In this document: in pieces, positions 34,903 to 45,641 of the stretch | Layout: each line of letters starts with the position of its first letter | Position numbering within the stretch: the first letter of the stretch is position 1 | Assembly: GCA_029863585.1 (NCBI GenBank) | Contig: JAOTVC010000002.1 | Span: 1 to 62,804, forward strand | Length of the DNA stretch: 62,804 bases | Direction of reading: 5' to 3' | Origin: Alphaproteobacteria bacterium | GTDB taxonomy: Bacteria > Pseudomonadota > Alphaproteobacteria > SMXQ01 | Program-made: the position numbers and the translations under genes | Notes under the pieces: generated by a model | Seen by the model: only the letters and a program-made list of their open reading frames with translations | The model's database searches: none | Told to the model about the DNA's origin: nothing

Positions 34903-35313
34903 ATGTCACCCTTGGAACAGGCCTGTATTGAAAAAGGCATGAAGATGACCGAGCAGCGCCGGGTCATCGCCCGCGTGCTGTCCGACGCCGCCGATCACCC
35001 CGATGTTGAGGCGGTCCACCGGCGCGCCGCGGCGATCGATCCGGGAATCAGCATCGCCACGGTCTACCGCACGGTGCGTCTGTTCGAGGAAGCCAACATC
35101 ATCACGCGTCACGATTTCGGCGACGGGCGGTCCCGGTATGAGCAGCGGTCCGACAGCCATCACGACCACATCATCAATGTCCGCACCGGGGAAGTCCTGG
35201 AATTTCACGATGCGGAAATCGAATCCCTGCAGCGCAAGCTTGCGGATAAAATGAATCTCGATCTGGTCGGCCACAGGATGGAATTGTTCTGTGTGCCGAA
35301 GAAGAACGAATAG
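34903..35313 (+). CDS. fur: ferric uptake regulator family protein (Fur/Mur type, Cys-less)
   Basis: MTEQRRVIARVL…ISIATVYRTVRLFEEANII…HHDHIINVRTGEVLEFHDAEIE. ATG 34903 is preferred over the track's GTG 34888. Confidence 0.85.
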   Translation: MSPLEQACIEKGMKMTEQRRVIARVLSDAADHPDVEAVHRRAAAIDPGISIATVYRTVRLFEEANIITRHDFGDGRSRYEQRSDSHHDHIINVRTGEVLEFHDAEIESLQRKLADKMNLDLVGHRMELFCVPKKNE

Positions 35314-35322
35314 CCGTGCCTC

Positions 35323-36198
35323 TTGGCGGCCCGCGGCATATCGGATAGGGGAATCTTGGCTACGGACTCGATCAGTCGGCCCCAGGCATTGATAGACGGG
35401 CTTCGGGCAGGCAACCTGGAGGTTCGCTTGGCGTGTTCCGAGGCTGAGATCGTCGCCTCTCAGGAGCTGCGCTACCGCGTCTTCTATGAAGAGATGACGG
35501 CCCATCCGACCGAGCAGATGGCACGGGAAAAGCGCGACTTCGACGGCTTCGATCCCCATTGCGACCATCTTCTGGTGTTCGACCATTCCCGGGGTTACGA
35601 CCCGCGCGACGCGGTGGTCGGAACCTATCGTCTGATCCGGCGAATCGCCGCGGCCCGGCAGGGCGGGTTTTATACCGCCGATGAATACGACATTTCCAAG
35701 ATCGTCGCCCTGGAAGGGGAAATCCTCGAGCTCGGCCGTTCCTGCGTTGGGCGCGACCATCGCAACAGGCCGACCATGCAGATCATGTGGCGCGGCATCT
35801 CGGCCTATGTCCATCACTACGACATTCAGATCATGTTCGGCTGTGCCAGCCTGCCGGGCACCGACGTGCCGTCCCATGCGGAGCCCCTGTCCTACCTGCA
35901 TCATTTCCACATGGCGCCGGAAAAGTATCGGCCCCGGGCTTTGCCGGAACGCTACGTTTCCATGAACCTGAAACCGGCCGACGCGATCGATCGGCGCAAG
36001 ACGCTGTCCGACCTGCCGCCCCTGATCAAGGGCTATTTGCGGTTGGGCGGTTTCATCGGCGATGGCGCGGTGGTCGATGAGCAATTCAACACCACCGATG
36101 TCTGCGTGCTGGTCAAGACCGACCTCGTGACCCAGAAATACCTGCGGCATTTCGAACGGACCAATCACGATACGGGCCACGATACGGGGGGCCGGTGA
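35323..36198 (+). CDS. olsB: ornithine-lipid N-acyltransferase OlsB (GNAT-like, hemolysin-like family)
   Basis: LEVRLACSEAEIVASQELRYRVFYEEM… and the GTGA-coupled acyltransferase downstream (olsBA arrangement). Start uncertain (TTG 35323 or TTG 35356). Confidence 0.75.
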   Translation: MAARGISDRGILATDSISRPQALIDGLRAGNLEVRLACSEAEIVASQELRYRVFYEEMTAHPTEQMAREKRDFDGFDPHCDHLLVFDHSRGYDPRDAVVGTYRLIRRIAAARQGGFYTADEYDISKIVALEGEILELGRSCVGRDHRNRPTMQIMWRGISAYVHHYDIQIMFGCASLPGTDVPSHAEPLSYLHHFHMAPEKYRPRALPERYVSMNLKPADAIDRRKTLSDLPPLIKGYLRLGGFIGDGAVVDEQFNTTDVCVLVKTDLVTQKYLRHFERTNHDTGHDTGGR

Positions 36199-37001
36199 TA
36201 CCCAAGGGGTCGATCCTCCGGGGCGCCTGGCGCCTGGCCGCGGTTTTCCTGCTCATCCTTTTTCTGACACCGGTGCAGGTGGCGGCGGTCGGCCTGCGAC
36301 ACAAACTGGCCGGGCGGTTGCCGGGCGTTTTTCACCGCTTGTGCGCCCGGTTGTTCGGATTCCACATCGTTGTCCGCGGCCGGCCGGTGGACGTGTCGCC
36401 GGTCCTGTTCGTCGGCAACCACACCAGTTATCTCGACATCATGGTCTTGGGCACGCTCATCGACGGGTCGTTCATCGCCAAGTCGGAGGTCGCGACCTGG
36501 CCCCTGTTCGGCATGCTTGCCCGGCTGCAACGCACCGTGTTCATTGAGCGGCGCGCCCGTCACACTGCTAATCAGCGGGACGAAATCAGTGCCCGGCTCG
36601 ATGCCGGCGACCGGCTGATCTTGTTTCCGGAAGGGACGTCGAACGACGGCACCCGGGTCCTGCCTTTCAAGAGCGCGCTGTTCGCGGTGGCCGAGCGCGA
36701 GGTCGACGACGTCCCGCTTACGGTGCAGCCCTTCTCCCTCAGTTACACCGCGCTGGGCGGTCTGCCGCTGGGCAGGGAATGGCGGCCCCTGTTGTCCTGG
36801 TATGGCGAAATGTCGCTGCCGTTGCATGTCTGGCGGGTTCTGACCTTCGCCTCGGTGCGCGCCGAGGTCAGGTTTCACGACCCGGTCACCATCGGGCAAT
36901 ATGGATCGCGCAAGGCGCTGGCCGAGCATTGCTTCGAGGTGGTCCGTCAAGGCGTCGCCAATTTCAATGCCGGGCGTAACGGCACTGCGACGGCGGCCTG
37001 A
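36195..37001 (+). CDS. olsA: lyso-ornithine lipid O-acyltransferase OlsA (PlsC/LPLAT family)
   Basis: NHTSYLDI (HX4D motif) and FPEGTS motif. GTGA overlap with olsB. Confidence 0.75.
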   Translation: MIPKGSILRGAWRLAAVFLLILFLTPVQVAAVGLRHKLAGRLPGVFHRLCARLFGFHIVVRGRPVDVSPVLFVGNHTSYLDIMVLGTLIDGSFIAKSEVATWPLFGMLARLQRTVFIERRARHTANQRDEISARLDAGDRLILFPEGTSNDGTRVLPFKSALFAVAEREVDDVPLTVQPFSLSYTALGGLPLGREWRPLLSWYGEMSLPLHVWRVLTFASVRAEVRFHDPVTIGQYGSRKALAEHCFEVVRQGVANFNAGRNGTATAA

Positions 37002-37140
37002 GGGGGTGGGTGGCCGTCTTGACTCTGCTGTCCGGGGTGATACTTAAGGCGGTTTGGCGCCGGGGATGGGCCTTGCGCGGAGGGTTGAAAGGCCCTCAAA
37101 GTACGGGTTGGCGGCGTTTTGGCCCGCCGGTGAGAGTTCG

Positions 37141-38520
37141 GTGAAGAAGCTTTATATCAAGACCTACGGTTGCCAGATGAACGTCTACGATTCCGCCCGC
37201 ATGGCGGATGTCCTGGCGCCGGCGGGTTATGCCCTGGCCGCGGAGCCCGAGGGCGCCGACCTGGTGGTCCTCAACACCTGTCACATTCGCGAGAAGGCGG
37301 CTGAGAAGGTCTATTCGGAACTGGGCCGTCTCAAGGCCCAGAAGCAGGCGGCCGCGGCCGATGGCCGCACCATGCTGATTGCCGTCGGCGGCTGCGTCGC
37401 GCAGGCCGAGGGCGCGGAAATGCGTCGCCGCGCGCCCTTCGTCGATGTCGTCTTCGGTCCCCAGAACTACCACGATCTCGGAGACATGGTGACCCGCGCC
37501 GAGCGCCAGGGTCCGGTATTGGAAACCGAGTTTCCGGCCCAGGTGAAATTCGATCACCTGCCCCGTCCCCGTGCCCGGGGCGAGAGCACGGCCTTCGTGT
37601 CCGTCCAGGAAGGGTGCGACAAGTTCTGCACCTTTTGTGTCGTGCCCTACACCCGGGGGGCCGAATACTCCCGGCCGGTTGCCGATATCGTGGCCGAGGT
37701 CGAGGTGCTCGCGGGCGACGGCGTCAAGGAGGTGACGCTGCTCGGCCAGAATGTCAACGCCTACCATGGCGCGGCGCCGCGCGGCAAAGCGGGGAAAGCC
37801 GATGAATGGGGTCTCGGGCGACTGATCCGCGCCCTTGCCGAGGTCGCCGGCCTCGCCCGCATCCGCTACACCACCTCCCATCCCATCGACATGGATGACG
37901 ATCTGATCGCCGCCCATGGCGAGGTCGAGGCCCTGATGCCCTATCTGCACCTGCCGGTGCAGTCGGGTTCCGACGCGGTCCTGGCGGGCATGAACCGGCG
38001 CTACCGGGTCGAGGAATACCTCGCGGTGGTCGACCGCCTGCGCGCGGCCCGGCCCGATATCGCCCTGTCTTCCGATTTCATCGTCGGTTTCCCGGGCGAA
38101 ACGGAAGACGATTTCGCCGCCACCCTGGATCTCGTCCGCGACGTCGGTTACGCCCAGGCCTATTCCTTCAAGTACAGCGCCCGGCCCGGGACGCCCGCCG
38201 CCGACCGGTCCGACCAGGTGGCGGAAGACGTCAAGGCGGAGCGCCTGGCCCGCCTGCAGGCCGCGCTCGCCAATCTTGCCCGGTCCTTCAATGAGGATTG
38301 CGTCGGCCGCGTCATGGAAGTTCTGTTCGACCGGCCGGGGCGTTACCGAGGCCAGGTTGCGGGCCGCAGTCCCTATCTTCAGGCCGTGCATGTGACCCCG
38401 GACCCGGGCGGCATCGAGGCCCTCCAGGGCCGCATCCTGCCGGTCCGCATCACCGAGGGCCACGCCAACAGCCTGGCCGGCCGCTTGACCGGAGCCGCCG
38501 TGCGGGAGGCACGACCGTGA
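37141..38520 (+). CDS. miaB: tRNA-2-methylthio-N6-dimethylallyladenosine synthase
   Basis: [18 protein letters not shown]… and radical-SAM [14 protein letters not shown] 37141 is preferred over the upstream track start. Confidence 0.9.
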   Translation: MKKLYIKTYGCQMNVYDSARMADVLAPAGYALAAEPEGADLVVLNTCHIREKAAEKVYSELGRLKAQKQAAAADGRTMLIAVGGCVAQAEGAEMRRRAPFVDVVFGPQNYHDLGDMVTRAERQGPVLETEFPAQVKFDHLPRPRARGESTAFVSVQEGCDKFCTFCVVPYTRGAEYSRPVADIVAEVEVLAGDGVKEVTLLGQNVNAYHGAAPRGKAGKADEWGLGRLIRALAEVAGLARIRYTTSHPIDMDDDLIAAHGEVEALMPYLHLPVQSGSDAVLAGMNRRYRVEEYLAVVDRLRAARPDIALSSDFIVGFPGETEDDFAATLDLVRDVGYAQAYSFKYSARPGTPAADRSDQVAEDVKAERLARLQAALANLARSFNEDCVGRVMEVLFDRPGRYRGQVAGRSPYLQAVHVTPDPGGIEALQGRILPVRITEGHANSLAGRLTGAAVREARP

Positions 38521-39662
38521 CCCGGGCCCCCAGGCGGCCCGCTGCGGGATCCCGCGCCAAGGGGGCCACGGTGCCCAAAGCGCCCAAGGCGGACGCGGGC
38601 GACAAGCCCCTGGTCCTTCATTTCGAGGACAATTCCGCGTTGGCCCTGCTGTTCGGGGAACATGACCGCAACCTTGTGCGAATCGAGCACGATCTTGGGG
38701 CAGATATCCACGCGCGGGGCAACAAGGTGACGATCACCGGCCCGCAATCGGCCGCCGCCGCCGCCCGGGATGCCCTGATGACGCTGTATGAGCGGGTCAA
38801 GGGAGGGGCCCCCCCGGACCAGGGCGAAGTCGATGCCATCGTCCGCCTGGCCGCCGCCGGCCAATTGGCGCCGGGCACCGCGGGAGGCGACATGGAGCGC
38901 GATGGACGGACGATCCAGACCCGGCGGCGGCGCATCATGCCGCGGACGCCGACCCAGGCCGACTATATCGATGCCATGAACAACTACGAACTGGTGTTCG
39001 GCCTGGGCCCGGCGGGGACCGGCAAGACCTATCTAGCCGTGGCCACCGCGGTGGTCGCCCTCCAGGCCGGCGAGGTCGACCGCATCATCCTGTCGCGTCC
39101 CGCGGTGGAGGCGGGGGAAAGACTGGGATTCCTGCCGGGCGATATCCGCGAGAAGGTCGATCCCTATCTGCGCCCCCTCTACGACGCCCTCTACGACATG
39201 CTGCCCGGCGACCAGGTGGTCAAGCGGCTCGCCAGCGGCGATATAGAAGTGGCGCCGCTGGCCTTCATGCGGGGGCGGACCCTGGCCCATTCCTTCATCA
39301 TCCTGGACGAGGCCCAGAATACCACCAGCGTCCAGATGAAGATGTGCCTGACACGGCTTGGCGAGGGGTCGCAAATGGTGGTGACGGGCGACCTCAGCCA
39401 GGTCGACCTGCCGAGCGGCACGCGTTCGGGCTTGGATGATGCGGTGGAGGCGCTGGAGGGCGTCGACGGGGTGTCCATGGTGCGCTTCACCAACCAGGAC
39501 ATGGTGCGCCACCCGCTTGTGACCCGCGTGGTTCGCGCCTATGAGGAGGTTGAACGAAAGCGGGCCGGCAAGGGTGCCGCGCGCCGCGGCCCGTCCAAGC
39601 CCGGCCCGGCGACGCGAAGGCGCCCGGCGACCAGGAGTGGCGATGACGGCAATGACCGGTGA
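38517..39662 (+). CDS. phoH: PhoH-like ATPase (YbeZ)
   Basis: [15 protein letters not shown] Walker A. GTG 38517 overlaps the miaB stop (GTGA), with GGGAGG upstream. Confidence 0.9.
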   Translation: MTRAPRRPAAGSRAKGATVPKAPKADAGDKPLVLHFEDNSALALLFGEHDRNLVRIEHDLGADIHARGNKVTITGPQSAAAAARDALMTLYERVKGGAPPDQGEVDAIVRLAAAGQLAPGTAGGDMERDGRTIQTRRRRIMPRTPTQADYIDAMNNYELVFGLGPAGTGKTYLAVATAVVALQAGEVDRIILSRPAVEAGERLGFLPGDIREKVDPYLRPLYDALYDMLPGDQVVKRLASGDIEVAPLAFMRGRTLAHSFIILDEAQNTTSVQMKMCLTRLGEGSQMVVTGDLSQVDLPSGTRSGLDDAVEALEGVDGVSMVRFTNQDMVRHPLVTRVVRAYEEVERKRAGKGAARRGPSKPGPATRRRPATRSGDDGNDR

Positions 39663-40233
39663 TCCGGGAATGGTCCTGGCGGCCGACGCGGCCCGCGTGG
39701 AGGTGCCGATTAGGGTGGCCGATCCGGCCTGGAAGGCGGCGGGAGGGATCTGCGCCACCATCCGCCGGGCGGCGCGGGCCGTGATCCGCGAACTGGCGGC
39801 AACCGGGCCGGAAGAATCGGGGCGAGTGAAATCCGGACCGGTTGAAATCAGCGTCCTGCTGACCGGAGACGCCGAAGTGCGGGGACTCAATCGCGATTAC
39901 CGCAAGGTCGATGCCGCCACCAATGTGCTGGCTTTCGCCAGCGGTGATCCGCGCCCGGCGCCGGGCGCCCCCCGGCTGCTGGGCGATGTCGTGCTGGCCT
40001 ACGGCACGGTTCGCCGCGAGGCGGAGGAAAGGAAACTCGATTTCTCTCATCACCTGGCGCATCTCGTGGTGCATGGTGTGCTGCACCTTTTGGGGTATGA
40101 TCACCTGGCGGCCGCCGAAGCTGAAGCCATGGAACGGGCCGAAGTCCAGATTCTCGCAAACCTTGGGATTGGCGATCCTTACCGGCGCAGCCGGATCGGA
40201 ACCCTCTCGGGAACCCCGACAAAAGAGCGATGA
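39643..40233 (+). CDS. ybeY: rRNA maturation endoribonuclease YbeY
   Basis: HLVVHGVLHLLGYDH zinc motif. ATG 39643 with AGGAG 5 nt upstream (overlaps the phoH end by 20 nt). Confidence 0.85.
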   Translation: MTAMTGDPGMVLAADAARVEVPIRVADPAWKAAGGICATIRRAARAVIRELAATGPEESGRVKSGPVEISVLLTGDAEVRGLNRDYRKVDAATNVLAFASGDPRPAPGAPRLLGDVVLAYGTVRREAEERKLDFSHHLAHLVVHGVLHLLGYDHLAAAEAEAMERAEVQILANLGIGDPYRRSRIGTLSGTPTKER

Positions 40234-41162
40234 CCGAAAACGCCCCAACACCCTCGCCCCAGACTGCTGGGGCCGATCTACAGAAACCGTCGGTATTCCA
40301 GCAGGCCCTGGACTGGTTCGCACGCCGCAACCGGCGCCGCAACGGCGACGGCTCGATCCGCGAAACCCTCGAGGAGCTGATCGAAGAGCGTCCGGACGGT
40401 CAGGAAACCATCAGCACCGACGAACGGCTGCTGATCGCCAACGTGTTGAGTTTGCGCGACCTCAACGCCGCCGACGTCATGTTGCCGCGGGCGGAGATCG
40501 TCGCCTTCGAGGCCGATGCGCCGCTCGACGAACTGATCGCCCTGATGACCCGCGAGGCCCATTCCAGGGTGCCGGTCTATCGCGAAACCCTCGATGAAGT
40601 CCTGGGCATTGTCCATATCAAGGACGTCCTGGCGCGGGCCGGGGACAGGGAGTCCTTCGATCTCAACCAGATCATCCGCAAGGTCCTGTTCGTGTCCCCC
40701 ACCATGCGGGTGCTCGACCTTCTGCTCCAAATGCGTCTGGCTCGGGTGCATATGGCGCTGGTGGTCGACGAATACGGGGGCGTCGACGGGCTGGTGACCA
40801 TCGAAGACCTGGTCGAGGAAATCGTCGGCGATATCCAGGATGAGCATGACGCCGAGGAAGTCGGCATGATCGCCCGCCCCGACGGCACCATCATCGCCGA
40901 TGCCAGGACCGAGCTGGCGGCCTTCGAGGCCGAGGTCGGGCCGGTGTTGACGGAAGACGAACGGGCTGAGGACATCGACACGCTGGGGGGCCTGATCTTC
41001 GCCCTGGTGAACCGGGTGCCGGGCCGGGGGGAAATCATCCGTCACGGATCCGGCGTAGAGTTCGAGATCATCGATGCCGACCCCAGGCGCGTCAAGCGCG
41101 TGCGCCTGCGCAACCTGCCCGCCCCGCCGCAAGATTCGGACCGGGCTTCGGGCGCTCTGTGA
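40230..41162 (+). CDS. corC: CBS-domain HlyC/CorC family protein
   Basis: Tandem CBS region plus CorC_HlyC C-terminal domain (…GGLIFALVNRVPGRGEII…). ATGA overlap with ybeY. Confidence 0.85.
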   Translation: MTENAPTPSPQTAGADLQKPSVFQQALDWFARRNRRRNGDGSIRETLEELIEERPDGQETISTDERLLIANVLSLRDLNAADVMLPRAEIVAFEADAPLDELIALMTREAHSRVPVYRETLDEVLGIVHIKDVLARAGDRESFDLNQIIRKVLFVSPTMRVLDLLLQMRLARVHMALVVDEYGGVDGLVTIEDLVEEIVGDIQDEHDAEEVGMIARPDGTIIADARTELAAFEAEVGPVLTEDERAEDIDTLGGLIFALVNRVPGRGEIIRHGSGVEFEIIDADPRRVKRVRLRNLPAPPQDSDRASGAL

Positions 41163-42721
41163 CGAGGCTGGCCCGGAGATTGGGGGCGCTCGCCGGCTGG
41201 CGCCGGTTGGTTGCGGCATTGGCCCTGGGCGCGCTGGCGGTCTTGGCGCTGCCGCCCTTTTTCGGGTTGCCGATCCTCTTCGTTTCCTTCACCGGCTTGG
41301 TTTGGCTGATCGATGGCGCCGCCAAGGGGCCGGGCGCCTGGCGCCGGGTCCTGGCGGCCGGCTGGTGTTTCGGCTTCGCCCATTTTTCGATCGGTCTCTA
41401 TTGGATCACGAATGCGCTCCTGGTCGACGCCGCCACCCACGGCTGGCTCGCGCCGTTCGCGGTGGCGGGCCTGTCGCTCTATTTCGCGATCTATCCCGCA
41501 TTGGCCTGCCTTGCGGCGTCCTGGGCACCCCCGGGCGCCTGGCGGATTGCCGCGTTGGCGGCCGCGTGGGCGGTGGCGGAGTGGGCCCGCGGCGTGGCGC
41601 TGACCGGATTTTCCTGGAACCTGGTCTCCACGGCACTTGCTTTCGATGCCGCCGCCCTGCAGGGGGCGGCAGTGGTCGGCGGCTACGGCCTCAGCCTTGC
41701 GGTGGTGGTCCTCGCCGCGGCCCCGGCCCTGGCGTCGCGTGCCGCCACGGGGCGCATCGCCCCCTGGCCCCTGGCGGCCGCCGCGCTGCTCGCCCTGGTC
41801 CTGGCCGGCGGCGGCCTGATGAGGACGGCGCTGGCGCCGGATCCCGATGACGCGGCGACGCAAGTCACGCTGCGCGTCGTCCAGGGCAATATCCCCCAGC
41901 GCCTCAAGTGGCGGCGGGACCTCGCCAACCGGCATTTCCAGACCTATCTGAACCTGTCTCGGGCCTCCGGCGCAGGGGTGCCCGATGTGGTGATCTGGCC
42001 TGAAACGGCCCTGCCCTTCAGCCTCAATGGCGATCCGGCGCGCCTCCGGCTGTTGCACCGTGCGGTGCCCCGGGACGGTGTGCTGATCACCGGCGCCGTG
42101 CGCACCACCCCGCCGGTGCCCGGCCCCGGCCGCATCTGGAATGCCGTGGTGGCCGTCACCGGTTCGGGCCTGGCGGCGACCTACGACAAGCACCACCTGG
42201 TTCCGTTCGGCGAATACGTGCCCGGCCGCGGCCTCCTGCCGATTGACAAGATCACCCCCGGGCGGCTCGATTTCACTGCCGGGCCCGGTCCCGCGACGGT
42301 CTCGGTTCCCGGGCTCCCGCCGTTTTCCCCGCTGGTATGCTACGAAGCGATCTTTCCCGGCGCCGTCACCGGACGCGGCCCCCGGCCTGCCTGGCTCTTG
42401 AATCTCACCAACGATGGTTGGTTCGGCCGTTCGACCGGTCCTTACCAGCACCTGGCCGCCGCCCGCATGCGTGCCGTGGAGGAAGGCCTGCCCCTGGTGC
42501 GCGCGGCCAATACCGGAATCTCGGCGGTCATCGACCCTTGGGGTCGGGTCTTGGCGCGCCTGCCGCTGGGCCGCCGCGGGGTGATCGAGCGCCGCCTGCC
42601 CGCGGCGTCGGCCCCGACGGTCTATTCCCGCCTGGGCAACGGGGTTCTCGCCGTGATTGCAGTTTTGATCGCCCTCGGGGCCGGCCTGGCGCGGCGCCGA
42701 AGCGGCGGCGGGGCGTCCTGA
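41159..42721 (+). CDS. lnt: apolipoprotein N-acyltransferase
   Basis: Polytopic N-half plus CN-hydrolase C-half (…VIWPETALP…, PLVCYEAIFP…, LLNLTNDGWFG). GTGA overlap with corC. Confidence 0.9.
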   Translation: MTRLARRLGALAGWRRLVAALALGALAVLALPPFFGLPILFVSFTGLVWLIDGAAKGPGAWRRVLAAGWCFGFAHFSIGLYWITNALLVDAATHGWLAPFAVAGLSLYFAIYPALACLAASWAPPGAWRIAALAAAWAVAEWARGVALTGFSWNLVSTALAFDAAALQGAAVVGGYGLSLAVVVLAAAPALASRAATGRIAPWPLAAAALLALVLAGGGLMRTALAPDPDDAATQVTLRVVQGNIPQRLKWRRDLANRHFQTYLNLSRASGAGVPDVVIWPETALPFSLNGDPARLRLLHRAVPRDGVLITGAVRTTPPVPGPGRIWNAVVAVTGSGLAATYDKHHLVPFGEYVPGRGLLPIDKITPGRLDFTAGPGPATVSVPGLPPFSPLVCYEAIFPGAVTGRGPRPAWLLNLTNDGWFGRSTGPYQHLAAARMRAVEEGLPLVRAANTGISAVIDPWGRVLARLPLGRRGVIERRLPAASAPTVYSRLGNGVLAVIAVLIALGAGLARRRSGGGAS

Positions 42722-42757
42722 TATATCGGATCCTTATCGCAATCTTGTGTCTTGGGG

Positions 42758-42771
42758 CATATCTAGATATG
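42758..42771. promoter_or_regulatory. perfect 14-bp palindrome CATATCTAGATATG (candidate operator)
   Basis: Read directly. Lies 12 nt upstream of a TTGATA-16 nt-TATAAA promoter-like pair (42783..42810) preceding the XRE-family gene. Confidence 0.4.
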
Positions 42772-42847
42772 ATTAGAATGGTTTGATAAGCATTGGATAT
42801 CGCGTATAAAACGGCGGTTATCTCCGCCTATAAAAAAGGAAATAGTA

Positions 42848-43300
42848 ATGGCAAGGGCGACAACGAAAACGACCCGAAAACCGCCTCGGGCCACCAAGGG
42901 ACGATCCAACCCGATCGATGCACATGTTGGCAGCCGAGTGCGGCAACGGAGGATGCTTCTGGGAATGAGTCAAGAGATGCTCGGCAAGGCCGTCGGGCTG
43001 ACGTTTCAACAGATTCAGAAATACGAGCGCGGCATCAATCGAATCGGCGCAAGCCGCCTATTCACCCTCAGTAAAGTCCTGAACGTGCCCGTATCGTTTT
43101 TCTTCGACGATATGCCGCGTGCCCTGGCTACCGCCGGTGCCAAGGCCCGGGGATTCGCCGATGGCACCACCACCTATGAAGCCGATCCCATGGCCAACCG
43201 GGAAACGGCTGAATTGGTGCGGGCCTACTATCGGATCGAGGATCCCAGGCAGAGACGCAAATTCCTCGAACTCTTGCGGTCCATGGCCGACGGCTCCTGA
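42848..43300 (+). CDS. XRE-family helix-turn-helix transcriptional regulator
   Basis: VGSRVRQRRMLLGMSQEMLGKAVGLTFQQIQKYERGINRIGASRLFTLSKVLNV (Cro/C1 HTH). 150 aa. Confidence 0.8.
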   Translation: MARATTKTTRKPPRATKGRSNPIDAHVGSRVRQRRMLLGMSQEMLGKAVGLTFQQIQKYERGINRIGASRLFTLSKVLNVPVSFFFDDMPRALATAGAKARGFADGTTTYEADPMANRETAELVRAYYRIEDPRQRRKFLELLRSMADGS

Positions 43301-43450
43301 GGTCTCCCGGCCGGGAAACCGCTTGACGGGATCGTTAAAGGTTGCAACAAGACCGGCCCAGGGCCCCTGGCGATTCCAGGCTCGGTCCCGATAGGCTTGC
43401 GTTGCATCGACCCCGGCCCATTCGCCAATTCGTCCCTCAAGGAGGTTCCC

Positions 43451-44620
43451 GTGTCACAAGGCGACTACCTGTTCACCAGCGAGTCGGTTTCCGAAGGTCA
43501 TCCGGACAAGGTTGCCGACCGGATTTCCGATGCGGTGGTCGACGCCTACATGACGCTGGACCCGCAGTCTCGGGTTGGCGCGGAAACGCTTGTGACGACC
43601 AATTGCATCGTCATGGCGGGCGAGGTGCGCGGGCCGGAAACGCTGGATGCCTCGCGTCTGGAGGAGATTGCCCGGAGCTGCGTGCGCGACATCGGCTATG
43701 AGCAGGACGGGTTCCACTGGAAGAACGCGCGGGTCGAGGTGTTGATCCACTCGCAATCCGCCGACATCGCCAGGGGCGTGGACGCGGCCGGCAACAAGTC
43801 GGAGGGCGCGGGCGACCAGGGCATCATGTTCGGTTATGCCTGCCGCGAAACCGACGTGCTGATGCCGGCGCCGATCCATTATTCCCACGCCATATTGCGC
43901 TCCCTGGCGGAGGCGCGCCATTCCGGGGCCGAGCCCGGCCTCGGCCCCGATTCCAAGAGCCAGGTCACGCTGCGCTACGAGAACGGCAAGCCGGTGCGGG
44001 CGACCTCGGTGGTGGTCTCCACACAGCATGCCGAGGATCTCAGCCAGGACGATGTCCGGGACATCGTCCGGCCCCATGTGGAAAATGTCCTGCCCGAGGG
44101 GTGGATGTGCCCGGAAGAGGAGTTCTACGTCAACCCCACGGGCCGGTTCGTCATCGGCGGCCCGGACAGCGATTGCGGCCTGACCGGGCGCAAAATCATC
44201 GTCGACACCTATGGCGGGTCTTCTCCCCATGGTGGCGGCGCGTTCTCGGGCAAGGATCCGTCCAAGGTCGACCGCTCGGCGGCCTATGCGGCCCGCTATC
44301 TCGCGCGCAACGTGGTGGCGGCGGAGCTCGCTGAAAAATGCGTGATCCAGATCGCCTATGCCATCGGCGTCGCCAAGCCGCTCTCGGTCTATGTCCACAC
44401 CTACGGCACCGGCAAGGTCGACGAAGGCAAGCTGGCCGGCGCCCTGACCGAGGTGATGGACCTCAGCCCCCGGGGCATCCGCGACCATCTGCGCCTCGAC
44501 AAGCCGATCTATGCGCGCACCGCCGCCTATGGCCATTTCGGCCGGGCGCCGGACGGCGATGGCGGCTTCTCGTGGGAGCGCGAGGACCTCGTCGAGGACG
44601 TCAAGGCGGCCCTCACCTGA
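43451..44620 (+). CDS. metK: S-adenosylmethionine synthase
   Basis: [24 protein letters not shown]… and [19 protein letters not shown] 43451 with GGAGG 5 nt upstream. Confidence 0.95.
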   Translation: MSQGDYLFTSESVSEGHPDKVADRISDAVVDAYMTLDPQSRVGAETLVTTNCIVMAGEVRGPETLDASRLEEIARSCVRDIGYEQDGFHWKNARVEVLIHSQSADIARGVDAAGNKSEGAGDQGIMFGYACRETDVLMPAPIHYSHAILRSLAEARHSGAEPGLGPDSKSQVTLRYENGKPVRATSVVVSTQHAEDLSQDDVRDIVRPHVENVLPEGWMCPEEEFYVNPTGRFVIGGPDSDCGLTGRKIIVDTYGGSSPHGGGAFSGKDPSKVDRSAAYAARYLARNVVAAELAEKCVIQIAYAIGVAKPLSVYVHTYGTGKVDEGKLAGALTEVMDLSPRGIRDHLRLDKPIYARTAAYGHFGRAPDGDGGFSWEREDLVEDVKAALT

Positions 44621-44654
44621 CGCCCCCATCCCCAGCCGGACGCCCCGGCGACCC

Positions 44655-45425
44655 ATGACCGGACGCGAGACCCCCAGCCCCGATCCGCCTCCCCGCCGCC
44701 GCATCCTCTACGGTCGGCGCAAGGGACGCCCCCTCCGCCCCGCCCGGCAAGCGCTTGTCGACGGCCTGCTCCGGCGCATCCGGGTGCCCCTTCCGGGGCG
44801 CAACCAGGGTGGTGCGGTGGGCAAAGCCGGGCTCCTGGACCCGCGCGAACTGTTCGCGGGCCCCCAGCCCTTCGACGCCGGGCCGGCCGGCCCCTTCCGC
44901 GAAGTGTGGCTGGAGGTCGGCTTCGGCGCCGGCGAACATCTCGCGGCCCAGGCCGAGGCGAATCCGGAAATCGCCTTCATCGGGTGCGAACCGTTCCTCA
45001 ACGGGGTTGCCGCGGCGCTGGCGCGGATCGATCGGGGAAAGCTGAACAATGTGCGAATCTATGACGACGATGCCAGGGTCCTGCTCGATCACCTGGCCCC
45101 CGGCAGTCTCGGCCGGGTCTTCATCCTGTTCCCCGACCCCTGGCCCAAGACCCGCCACGCGCGGCGCCGGTTCCTCTCGGCCGAGACACTCGACACGTTC
45201 GCCCGGGTGATGGCCCGGGATGCCGAGTTGCGCTTCGCCACCGACGATCCGGTCTGCCTGCGCTGGGCGCTTTCGGTCCTGATCCGCCATCCCGAGTTCG
45301 CCTGGCGGGCGCGCTCGCCCGCCGACTGGCGCCACCGTCCGGCCGATCAGCCGCCCAGCCGCTACGAGGAAAAGGCCCGGGCCAAGGGCGCCACGCCCGT
45401 CTTCCTGGTGTTTGCGAGGGTTTAG
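44655..45425 (+). CDS. trmB: tRNA (guanine46-N7)-methyltransferase
   Basis: EVGFGAGEHL… and FPDPWPKTRHARRR motifs. ATG 44655 within track ORF 44511..45425. Confidence 0.85.
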   Translation: MTGRETPSPDPPPRRRILYGRRKGRPLRPARQALVDGLLRRIRVPLPGRNQGGAVGKAGLLDPRELFAGPQPFDAGPAGPFREVWLEVGFGAGEHLAAQAEANPEIAFIGCEPFLNGVAAALARIDRGKLNNVRIYDDDARVLLDHLAPGSLGRVFILFPDPWPKTRHARRRFLSAETLDTFARVMARDAELRFATDDPVCLRWALSVLIRHPEFAWRARSPADWRHRPADQPPSRYEEKARAKGATPVFLVFARV

Positions 45426-45536
45426 CGCAGCGCTCCGGAGAGGGGCCAAGATGCCCAAAACACTTGAAGGACGCGCGGAAATGACTATATTTCCAACGAT
45501 CTCAAGACGGTCCGAATATTCGGGTGAATGTGCGGG

Positions 45537-45560
45537 GTGGGCCACCGGCCCGCTTTTTTT
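45537..45560 (+). terminator. rho-independent terminator downstream of trmB
   Basis: GTGGGCC-acc-GGCCCGC stem followed by TTTTTTT. Confidence 0.6.
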
Positions 45561-45641
45561 GTTTCCGGTTCGCTTTTGGGCCGGCCCCACCGGTGCTGCC
45601 GTAGCCGGCGGGAGTGATGCAGCGGGATACCGCCAACGACG

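Noticed and set aside
43301-43450. A SAM-responsive riboswitch (SAM-II, SAM-V or SAM/SAH) in the 150-nt metK leader.
   Set aside because: I could not find the AAAGC/pseudoknot signatures of SAM-II/V. I do not remember the SAM/SAH consensus well enough to call it by eye. Infernal with RF00521/RF01826/RF02885 would be needed.
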